This document shows, piece after piece, positions 22,301-34,300 of a stretch of 64,000 nucleotides of DNA (positions are counted from its first letter, which is position 1; the number at the start of each line of letters is the position of its first letter). The stretch spans positions 1-64,000 of the forward strand of contig JAAILG010000750.1 of the NCBI GenBank assembly GCA_012026655.1, given 5' to 3'. A program made the translations under genes and the position numbers. The notes below the pieces were generated by a model that was not told where the DNA came from, did not search any database, and worked only from the letters and a program-made list of their open reading frames with translations. This DNA comes from Hydrolagus affinis (taxonomy: Eukaryota).

Positions 22301-25300
22301 TCAGGGTTGAACATTTGGATGATTGTGGAGTGTATGTAAGGTTACACTATGTGTAATGCGTTCAATGGCCTTTAATTTCTGCCTTTATGTTCTACTAGAG
22401 ATTTTGACCTCTTTAATAGAGCTGCAACTTCTCTGATATTCTTTCTCTCTTTGAAAGCTATGGTCACATTGGATATTTTAAATTTAAAATGATAGTATTG
22501 TGAACTGTACAATTCTGCATCAACTTATACTGATATGGTCAAAAAGACAATCTACTTGTTAAACCTACAGTGCCCTTTAATGATAAGAATAAATCTCACA
22601 TTTGATATGTGGTGCCTATCATGTTGAGATGTCTCAAAGCGATTCACAGAATATACTATAAAGTGGATTGACATACAGTATTTTGTATGCGAAACGCGTG
22701 ATGGATACTTGAAAAAGTATGCTATCGTTTTGCCTCTTTCGTTCATTTTGTGTCAAAGATGCAATGCGTTTAATGTTATTGTTAATGTCATTTTTTAAAG
22801 CTTTCAGTTCTAAAGTCTTTGTTATGAATGTCCTGTGATTTGACCCCTAATTGATATTGTACTTGGTTTGGGGGTACAGTATTTAATGTTGTATACATCT
22901 TAGGAACATGATTGTTTCCCTCTGAAGCTGTTATATTGCTGTGAGAATATGCTTTATTGTTTATTGGGGAGGACAAGTTTGCAGGGCTACCGGGAGTAGG
23001 ATTGATTTGGATAACTTTTCAAAGAGCTGGCATATACACGATGGGCTGAATGGCCTCCTTCTCTGCTGTATAATTCTTTGATTCTAATAGTATGGAACAT
23101 GAGAAATAGAAGTTTACATAAATATTTACATTTTTCGAACAATATTTACATTGACTAAAAGGACGTCATATAATAACTTTATGCAATTTCATTATTTTTT
23201 GACTGACATATTTTGGCAACTAACAGCTTTCACAGTTCAAGAATTTAAAAACTCAAATGTGCTGAAGCAAAAATGTAACTTGTGTACAGAAAATATTGTA
23301 AAAATAGTTTAGTGGTGTGTCAAACTCTGCATCCTCTGCAGCACAAACTGTCATAGAAAACCATCTAAGTTGAGCTGTCTTTTGGAACTGGCTTAGGGAA
23401 TGTGTGTCCTGATTGAGAGTACAGTAAAAGTCTGTTTATCCGGCACCCACGAGACCTGGCCAATGGAGGTTAAATGGCATGCCGAATATTCAGTCGGATC
23501 CGACTCCGAAAACCCAACACAAAAAAATTAACTTATTAACACATACCATATTAATACAGCAGAAGCCTGTTTATCCGTGACTCGAACTGGCAGTTCCGTA
23601 TAACTGGCACGCCAAAAAAAAAGTCCCCATTCGATAAACCAGAACTTATCCGGAACAATAACAGTGCAGCATTTGTAAATGCATAAATAATAACATAATA
23701 ATAGAATATTGTATTGGTACTTATTGTTAAAACTACTCTCTTGCACTTCTCACCTTTGCTGGTAGATGCTGTGCTTGAAGCCATGATGCTGTGATTGAGG
23801 TTTATAGTCCAGCGATTCTTTTTAAAATGGAGCACGTGGGTAAAAAAAACGGCAGCGCGATTTTAAAGCCATACCAGCAGCAAGCCAATAACGCTAGCTG
23901 ATAACTAGGGTCCGGTTAAATCGATATAATTTTCATATTGATATGCCGATATCGGAATTTAAAATTTATCGATATATCGAAAAATTCAATACGAAAAAAA
24001 ATCGATATATCGCAAATATCGGTATATCGTGTCCGGCGATATATCGGTATATATCGGTATGATGCGGACTTTTTCAACTTACCTTGTCGATATCCGAATG
24101 CTTGCGTACACCGGAATGCGCGCGCACCTCCGAATGCGCGCGCTTTTCCGAATGCCTTCGCATGTGCAGGACAAAAAAAAATGCAATATCGATATATCGG
24201 TATATATCGATATGGGCAAAACGATATATTGATATTGGAAAATTTCAATATCGACGGACCCTACCGATAACCCACATTGTCGCGCAGGTGCAGTATTTCG
24301 GTTTGGTGCTGGTAGAGTCCAGTAGATCCCTGCCCCTGCTCGGTCCCGGGAAGCACTCTGAGATGCTGTCCGGCATGGAGGGCGCTATATAAATCGAAGC
24401 TGTTGTTGTTGTTGACTGTAAGCCTCAATCAGTAAAGGTGAGAAGCGCAAGAGAGTAGTTTTAGCAATAAGTACCAATACAATATCTTGTTATTATCTGT
24501 TATTATTTAGTCTGGTGTGTATGGTGTGTGTTAAAAGAACTTCATATTTTTTTGTGGTGGGTTTTCGGCCGTGGGCATTTTTTGTCCCGGCATTGGCCAG
24601 GTCCCGCAGTTGCCGGATAAATGGGCTTTTACTGTAATAAACTAAATAATAACAGATAATAACAGACCTTTGTTATTCACCTAAAAATCACCTTTGCTGG
24701 TAGATGCCTGGTTTGAAGCCATGATGGTGGGGTGGAGGTGTACAATCAAAACGGCAGCGTGACTTTAAGGCTCTACTCGCGGCAAGCCAAAATACCGATG
24801 CAAGGGAAAACAATGGCAGGCTGACTTTAAGCCTCTACTAGCTTGGCAAGCCAAAATACCTGTTCATACTCTTGTGCGACAATCTATTCATTAAAAGCGC
24901 CACCGCGATTGTGCCGGATAACATCCGGTTATATGGAAGTTCCGGTTGATCGAGTCACGGATAAATGGGCTTTTACTCTAATTTGTAACTTAGGTTAGCA
25001 TACAAGAGTTCAATTAATGCAACTTTTTGACTTCTCACACAATAATATGAATGTCATTACTCAAGAAAATATGAAGTCTTGGAAGTTTAGAATCTCAGCC
25101 ATCCTTTTGGTGAGATTCTGAAAGTTGCAGGTTCAGGTTCTATTTCTGTAGGATCAATGTTGTCTGAATGCAGTAGGTCAGGATTGAAGAGTGGTGTGTT
25201 AGTATTGAATAAAATATATCCTACATTTTTCATTTAATTAACTTTGAGGAGTTGATCAGGGCATATTTGTTTAGAGTATCTCTTTGGGCAAGGAAAGAGT

Positions 25301-28300
25301 TCATTCATTTTCCTTCATGTAACATTTTTGTGCATTGATTTCACATGTTCTTTTCCCAGTTAACAACTTCAACAACAACAGATTACATTTGTATAGCTCC
25401 TTCCACACCGGGAGGATATCCCAGGGTGTTGGACAATCAGGGATTTGGACCCCTGATAGATATTTCCTAATGTTTGTGCAACTCCTTGTTAGAAAGTGCA
25501 CTTGATTGACCTTGGAATGATTTTTCGTACTTTTTTTCGTCCCTAATCTCCAAGGAGGACATACTGTGTATCTCTGTTCAGCATCTTTCAGACAAGGCAG
25601 CTGAGATCAGTAATCAATACAGGTTAAGCTTGTGGCATATAAGATGTATGTTCGAACAGTTCGCCTTCATGGTTCTGATCTCATCGGCATGTAGTGAAGG
25701 GACATTTTTGAAATCTAACAGGACTAAACAGTGAGATGGATTTGTTATAAACAGGGGAAGCCACTGCAGGGTGGGACGACACTGGTCTGACCTCATGCTG
25801 AGCAGCTTGGAGGAGGAGTCACCTTCACAGCAATAACATCTATTTGCCTCTCACATAAGGATATGGATTAAGCAATTTATGTTGAGTATGACTGATATGT
25901 AGCATTGGACTTGGACTGCTTGAAAATCAAAGTGGCTGGTGTGCCACAAGCAGTCCTCCCATGCTGAAAGCGGATGTCTATCAAATGCCTGAAGAAGAAG
26001 CTGGAGCTTGGGACAAAAGCTGCTGGAAGTATTACCTAGAGTCTGGGTTTGTGAACACACACTTGTATATATGCAAGGTTCGCATTCCACCTTGATTGGA
26101 ATGCAGAGAGATGAGGAGGTTCTGCCCCAGCTCCACACCTCCAACTGGTTGAACGCTCGCGCAATATAGAAATATGTGTCTGAGGTATGGGTGAAGAGGG
26201 TGTCCTCGTGCTTTTTATGCCAAGCTGGTATCTGCTGTCCACTTGCTGAAGGCTCAAACCCGCGTCAAGTAACAAACCGCCCTGGGGAAAAGTAACTGGG
26301 TTTGGAACTGAGCTGCCTCCAAGATAATATGCTTGGCAATGGAATTTAAGATTTGAGTAATGCTACCCTGCGTGAGGGGTCCTATATAAATTAAAATCGC
26401 TGTTGTTGAGTCAACCTTTTGTGGACATTTCTTGAGCTCTCTGAGGCAAACTCAACAGGTCGGATGCTGTATGTGAACACTGGTGCTTTATCATGGTAAT
26501 CTGCATGGTTGCCATAGTCAATGGGTAATGTTTGAATACATTAAATTCATCGGGAGCTCGAAAAGTGAGATGCTGATTCAGTGATCCTAAATATTACATT
26601 TGATATGATACCTTTCACAATACACATCTCAAAGCTTCACAAGATATATTGCATTGACTGCAGTTTGTAGGTGATACTGGGGGTTGGGTGGCAAAGAAAT
26701 CAGGCAGAGTTTTAGCTACTGATCACTATCTTGTTGTCATGACTGGTTGTCTGCGTATCATATCGACTGATGTCTTAAAAAAGCAAAAAGGTGCTTATCC
26801 TGCTATGTCTAAGATTAGATTAATTCAATCTAGAAAGTAAAGAAGCTCAAAATAGGAGACAGAGACCCAATTATATTGCTAAAAGGCAATATCAAGATTA
26901 CTAATAACTACTAATTTTGCCCACAAGTATACAGTCAATTCAGTATATTCTGCAAAGTGCTTTGAGATTCTAGAAGACGTGAAAAGCGCTATATGAAATG
27001 CAAGGATTATTACTAAAATCTTTTACTGCAAATTGCCAGTGTTGAGAGATGTTTGCAATCCAGTTGTACAATGTTAAGCGAGTCATTTGACACTTACAGT
27101 AAGTTTTGCAGATGGGTAGTTGCATCCTGAGTATTTATAGGCTCCTAACACAATAGTAACAATAATAATCCTTGCATTTGATATACTGTACTGCTTTTTA
27201 CGGCTTCTAGACATCTCAAAGCGCTTCACAGAATATGCTGTGAAGTGAATTGGCTATATTTTTTGGAAAAATGCGGCCGCCAATTGCGCACAGCAGTGTC
27301 CCACAAATAGTCATGGATTGAGTGACCAACTTATTATTTTTCTTTAGAAGGATTATTGTCCCAGGATAAGCGATCTGCCAATCGACTAACAACCTGCTTA
27401 CTGTTGGGTAACCAGAGGCATGTGGAGCAAGGAAACTTGCCCAATAATAATATAAAAATATTATAATATTCATGTTCGACTAAGAATTAGTTTAGGTTTA
27501 TGTTACCCTCTACCCGAGTAAGTTTTTCAATAATGTGTTGGCATAGAAAGTTTCCTTTTTAAGATAGAAGACTAGAGTCCTGCTCCTGTGTCTCTGTCCA
27601 TACTCTGGTTGTTAGCAGAAACATTTATTGCTTTCTTTTTCCCTTCTGGAAAGAAAATAGCTGACTTCTGTTAAATTGCTTCTCTAATGGCTCGTTGGAG
27701 ATTGCAAACTCACTACCGAATATTTTTTCCTAGTTCGGTTGCATTTTATTTTGTTGTTCGGGATGTTCGCTGTACAAATACAATTTATAATAATCCTTGC
27801 ATTTGATATAACGCTTTTCACATTTTATCGACGTCGCAAAGCGTTTCACAGAATATACCGTAAAGTGAATTGACTGTATATATTTGTGGGCGAATCGTGG
27901 CAGCCAATTGTGCACAGCAGCGTCCCACAAACAGTCGTGGATTAAAATGACCAATTTTATTATTGTGTTTTTTTTGAGGGATTATTATTAAGCGTATGGA
28001 GTAAGGAAATTTACCCAAGATTTTGCCCTGACCTGCCTGGATTTGAACACAGGTCTCCCCAGCTTGGTCTCCCCAGCTTGCAAGACAAGTGCTCTAACCA
28101 CAGGAACTTAACAAACAACAAAACAATAATTGTTGTTGTTGCTCTGCAAGGCACGGATATCTGTGCAGTGTAATTTGATTTGCTCTGTTTCTGCTGTTGC
28201 TGTTCAGCATCATGTTCTCTCAATCACAGAGCAATTTTAGTTCTGAACTGATTTATTCTATCTGGATTAATTCAATGCTTTTTTTTAATCACTCATTTCT

Positions 28301-31300
28301 GATAAATCTTTGTGGCCATTTCATTAAAACTAATTGTGAAGACGATCTTGGAAGGATATTCAAAGTACTTCAAAGTATTCGGCCTCTTCTGCTTTCCATT
28401 CATATATTCATTTCCACTTGCTCTTTGGATAAATGAAATTCTCCAACATTGATATCTGATTTTAGAAAGTGTGCATGAAAACCATGATCACATAGATCTG
28501 TGTTTGCCAATAGTTAATGACTTGACCTTGTACTGTATCTTTACTTTCTCGATTAAAAAAAACTTTCAAAAACAACTTATAAAAGATATATAGAAAAAAA
28601 ACTACAGATCTGTGACACAATCCTGTTGTGGGTTCATAGATTCCCCCTATTTTTTAAACCAAAATTATTTTATTTGGACAGTTTAGATAATTCATTAATT
28701 TAATGCTGTGTTGAGTACTTTTTTTGTTCCTTTCCAATTTTCTTCAATCGTTCCTGAAGACTGTGGTTTTTCCCTTCTGCTAGAGTATGGTAGCAAAGGT
28801 GCCAGCCAGCCTCAGACTCACAAAAGTAGCTGTTAATGTATGAGCCTTGCCAGTGAATTTTGGCAAGATATTTGACTGTAGGGAAATAGCAGCCAATTTG
28901 GGGAGAGAGTATGAGAGCGCTAGGAAAGTGGCTGAAAGCTCATTCTACAGTGATGGGATAAGGTCTGAGTTAAGAGAGGCCTGGAGGGAGTATACAGGAG
29001 AGTGGGACTGCAGGGGAGGGATCACATAACATACTGAGCAATGCCTTGTGTCCCTGATAATTAGTTTAGAATGCTACCACTTGTTTTAATGTAATATAAG
29101 GAATCTGTTCCCTTTTCACTCTCAACTGAGTTAGTATTTGCTTCCATGCATTACAAATCTCGCCCAAGTGTGATGATGATGCTTATTATAAGTATATTGA
29201 CAAAATGACAGCACATGGCAGCTTATTCTTAACATGTTTATTATGGAATGAATTATTTCAAGCAGAAGCATAATACTGTATAATGTCCTGGGGGTGCTCT
29301 GTCCTAGGAATTCACTCTGTTTATAATGCAGAAATTTGCATGTTTGTTCTGTTGTATGTTGTAACTTGCTTGCTATCTAAGGGAAATGTGCACAGGCCAT
29401 TCATTGGAAGACTGTATTGTTGACCTTTGGGGTGAGTGCTCACCATGGTTGCCAATAGATTATTGGTGGTTTATGCTAATCACTGAGTCTGGAGATGTTA
29501 GAAAAATCATGTAAAGTGAAACAAAAACAGAAGTCGCTGGTACCACCCAGCAGGACAGGTAGTATATATGGAGAAAGGAAAATTAGTTATCCTTTTGGGT
29601 TCAAGACCCTTCATCAGAACTGTATTTTGAGTTTCATTCATATCTTGGAGTCCTATAGCTAAGTGGTTAGAGCACTCGCCATATGAGTGAGAAACCTGGG
29701 TTTGATTCCCGGCAGGGCGAAACCTTGGGCAAGTTTTCTTACTCCACACGCCTGATAATAATTCCTCAAAAAAATTCGACATTTTCAATCCATGATTCTT
29801 TGTGGGACACTGCTGTATGCAATTGGCTGCCACGATTCGCCCATAAATATATGGGATATTTTTTCTTAAAAATTCTGAACACAATCTATCATAATAATAA
29901 TCTTTATATTTGATATAATGCCTTAAAACGTTTTCTAAACGCCTCAAAGCGCTCCACAGAACATACTATGTTTTGCGGGTGAAACACGGCAGCCAATTGT
30001 GCACAGCAGTGTCCCACAAACAGTCGTGGATATCCATCCATATAGCAAACATCTACAACAAATTTGCCTTACAAATGTCCGGTAGCTGTAATTTTACTAA
30101 TTTGATACAACATCCTGTTCCAGAGCAACAGATCAAACAATTAGGTGGCTCGGGCATGAGGGTGAAAATCCGGTTTGTGTAAACGCATTATAAGCTTGGA
30201 TGTAAATGGAAGTTTTTAAAATATATATATGTGTGTATGTGTGTGTGTATATACACAGCAGTCACATCCATTTCAACCATTAGATATTCAAAAATATTAA
30301 TATAGCATAGATATATAGATACTGCAATATATATATATATTGAATTCTTTCTATGATCCCTATAACAATCTTATTAAACAGTCTTCTGAAAAAATTATTG
30401 TACATATTTGCATAGGCTAAAATTGTAAACTTTATATTAAAATTAAACTTACCAGGTTGTGGCTTCTTGCCAGTCATCTGTACTGTGTTTCTGAGATGAG
30501 TTTGGTACATGACCTTTCTTCACCCACTGACCTTTCATCCAGCACCAAGTTTTCTCATTCTCCTGAGAAAAGTTGGAGGAGGCAAAATTGCTTTCAGTGT
30601 TATGTTTTGAAAAAATAGTTTTATAATTACAAATAGCACTCAGCATTGAAGGTTTAACATTGGTATTGTAACCTGGAATTATAAATCAGGTTAAATAGCA
30701 TCTGAGTTCCTAAGTGAACATAAGAACCCGGTTTATCATTTGCAGATGATGCAAAACTGGGAATTGGAGTAAAGAGTGAGCAGGATAATAGCTGACTGCA
30801 GACTGGTAAAATGAAAAGACACATGGCAGATGAAGTTTAATGCGGGTAATTGCAAAATGATGCAATTTGGAAGGAAGAATGTGCAGTGACAATATAAGCT
30901 AGATGGTAGAATCTTAAAGTGGGTGAAGGAACAGAGAGACTTGGGGGTTCATGTAAATAAATGTTTAAAAGTGGAGGGACAACAACAACAAAATAATACT
31001 TGTATCGTGCATTTCATGACAGAAGGACGTCCCAAGACGCTGATAGATAAAGGACAGATAGATAAAGCTATTTAAAAAGCATATGGGATTCTAGGCATTA
31101 TAAATAGGGGCATACAATGCAAAAGCCAGAAAGTTATGATGAACCTTTATAGAACATTGGTTGATTAAACCTCAGTTGGAATACTGTGTTCAGTTCCGGG
31201 CACCATACTTTAGGAAGGATGTCAAGACATTGGAAAGGGTGCAAAGGAGATTTACCAGGTTGACCAGAAATGAGGGACTTCTGTTATCAGGCTAGAGAAG

Positions 31301-34300
31301 CTAGGATTATTCTCTTTGGAGCAGAGAAGGTTAAGAGGGGACATAATAGAATAGTTCTTAATAAAATAGTTGTCAAGATTATGAAGCGATTCGATAGGTA
31401 GGACAAGGAGAAACTATTTCCACTGGCGAGGCGAGTGGATCAGTAACCCAAGGACTCCGATTTAAAATAGTTGTTAAAAGAAACAGAGGTGAGGAGAAAA
31501 TTTTTTATGCAGTGAGTTGTTCAGATCTGGAATGCATTACTTGAAAGAGTTGTGGAAGCCGATTCGATAACAACTTTTAAGAGAGAAGTAGATAGTTATT
31601 TAGGGGGGACAAATTTGCAAGGCTATGGGGAGAGAGCGTAGGAGTGGGATTGATTTGGACAGGTCTTTTCAAAGACATGATGGGCCGAATAGTCTCCTTG
31701 TGTGCTGTATAATTCTATGATTCTATGATTCATTTTGCACCATTTTTGAGTCCCAAGTTCTGTAGCCGAGGGCTTTTTTAATTTCTTGGCACCTGAATGC
31801 GATTAGATCAGATGAATATTTTCTGCGTATTGCATTACAGGGCGAGAGCAATATGCCAATTTCATTTACACATTGTAGGGCTTGAAGGTTTTCTCTCTTT
31901 CCCCACAAATAGTGTCCTGGATGGTGAGACCCAAATTGAATTGCTTAATACTTGGTGGCTAACTCCCCAAGCTAGCAGTGTTATCTTTAAGCATGTCTAG
32001 CGTTATTAGTTACTAACGGGTAGGAAATAAACAACAACAATCTGCATTTATATACGGCCTATCTGTGAGTAGTGTCTCGGAGTGCTTGAATGTTGTGTGG
32101 TTTAACCCTGAGCTGGGGAGGTGACTGAAGGCATGATCGAAGAGGAAAGTCTTCATCACACTGAAGAAGATGGATGAGCTTGCTCATTTTCTAAAACAAA
32201 ACATCCAGTCTTGTAGACTGGTAATTTGAGGTGTCAGTGTCAACCAAACATGGGTACAAATGGCCACGAATGTGAGGTCTGTTTCAGTGGGAGAAAACAC
32301 TGGTGGCTGAATCATTGTAACAGCTCCAGGTATCATTAAATCCTGGTTCTATCATGAAAGAGATAGTCAACCCATTTGACATCATCATTCATTCCAGTTC
32401 CAGTTGAACACCTCGCATACAACTCTTGGTAACTCTTTACAGTTGTTAATTACCTTTAACTGCAAAGAAATGCTTCCCAGCATCTGTCTTACCTTCTGCT
32501 CCATGGTTTCTATTGGCCTTGTTGTCTGACAATGGGACTGATCAAAGTTGCTCAAGAAATGCTACTTGCAAACATATTTTAGTGCCAGACAAATGCTTGA
32601 TTTCATATATTGTATCTAGGCTCGCATTACTATCGAGCAAAAAAAATACATTTTGGTGTGAATAATTCCATTCTTTTCAGGTTGATTGGCAGGAAAGAAA
32701 CTAGAAGCGTTGAGAAAGAACCCTAGCCTATGATTGACTGAGTGGAACTATTAAAGCATTGGTTGTAGGACTGTGGTGCTGACCTTTTGCAGTTCCTGTT
32801 TGTTCAATAGAGTAGGAGTTAAAGAAAAACTCACCACAAAAGATGTTTTATATTTTCAATGTGCAGTCGGAGCCGTTTCACAGTGATGAATGTAGTGTGG
32901 GAATTAAACACTGGCACAAGTGTGTGCGAATAAGTCTTGAACTGCCAGGTCTAGACTTTTGCAATACTCTTGGAAGTGTGTACGAATACATACTACGGAG
33001 GGAGTTGTGAGCTTAATTCAAGCAATTGAAGGACTCTGGCTACTGCTTTCTGGTGAAAGATTGCTAAACAGCAGTATGGTCTGCAACGGACTGTATATTT
33101 TATGTTCAGATTATTTATACAAGCTTTTCACATTGGGGGGACTTTTCAAAATGCTTGACAGGATTTACTAATAGTGTAGTGACTATTTTTAGATGTTGAA
33201 TTGAATCTCTTGAGTGCAGCATTTGCAGATGTATTCCGCCTGCACTCCTTGCAGAATGAATCTACACAGTAATTCAGCTATTAGTGACCCAATTCCTTTA
33301 TCTTGTAAACCACAGAGTACAATGTAGATACTGTAATTAGGATTGTTATAGAGTTTAGGACCATGTTACACATAGTAGATCTGTGTTCCAGTGTATGTTG
33401 TTATTATATGTAACAGAGTAATTTGATTTTGTTTTCCATTACCTTGTCTATTGAATAATCTTGGCAGCAATGTGTTTAACCCAGTGAAATCTTTGTGGAA
33501 ATATTGTAAAGTATGCATATTTATATTCTGTAACCTGTACAAGTCAATGATTCAGTGGGATTTGAACGCTGGATGTTATAATGTAGAATTAAGGGTCTGT
33601 TCTAGACCAGTATTACTGGCAGCTTCATGAATAGACCTTATTCTGAGCGTGCTGAAGTGAATGCTTGACTCTTCTAAAGCTATCTGTGAATTCCAACAGA
33701 CAAAATTTGAATCTCAAAAAGGGATAAATTGCACCTTTTTGGTTTTGATGAGGAGCTTGTCATTGATGTCAGGAAGAACTATAACAGGCCATAAAAGACA
33801 GCAAGAAGACTGAAACTTGGAAGTCCATCTTGGAATCCATCTGCCTCGCCCCTTCCCATATCCCCTTCAAGGTCCATCTCAAGACCTTCCTCTTTGACTG
33901 TGCCTTTGATCATCCTTCTACGCCACCCCATCCCACTACTTTTGCTTTGAATCCATAGCTCGGGTACAGACCCTTGACACAAAGTACTCAAGCCTTGAGA
34001 TGTCCTCCTGATATGAAAGGTGCTAATTAAATTGCATTTGCAGAACTCCGGACATACTGCAGTTCAGAGGTGCCATCCTTAGCGTGAGACTTTAAATTGA
34101 GGTTCCATCTGCCTGTTCTTCTGGTGGAACTTAAAGATCTTATGACTCTATTGGAATAAGAGAAGATAGTTTGTGCTCTGGCCAACAGTCCTCCAGATTA
34201 ATTAATTAATTCATTTTTCACAAATTGTTGCTGTGTTGAGACGACGTCCGGTGTGGAGGGCGCTATATAAATGAAAATTGTTATTATTTTGTTTGCCTTC

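Larger units (their letters stand above)
23422..24978 (-). mobile_element. Tigger/pogo-derived non-autonomous element (outer)
   Basis: TA|CAGTAAAAGTCTGTTTATCCG ... CGGATAAATGGGCTTTTACTC|TA terminal inverted repeats with TA flanks. Confidence 0.7.

Noticed and set aside
23906-24263. Repeated short palindromes that superficially resemble a CRISPR or operator array
   Set aside because: Vertebrate intron, no regular repeat-spacer period; TIRs and TSD identify a MITE.
23916-24392. Four overlapping ORFs rich in I/Y/R/D on both strands
   Set aside because: Produced by the palindromic ATATCGAT repeats of the MITE; no domain similarity.
29646-29720. tRNA-like sequence with A and B boxes (also at 3722 and ~45600-45670)
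   Set aside because: These are SINE heads continuous with the SINE body, not tRNA genes.
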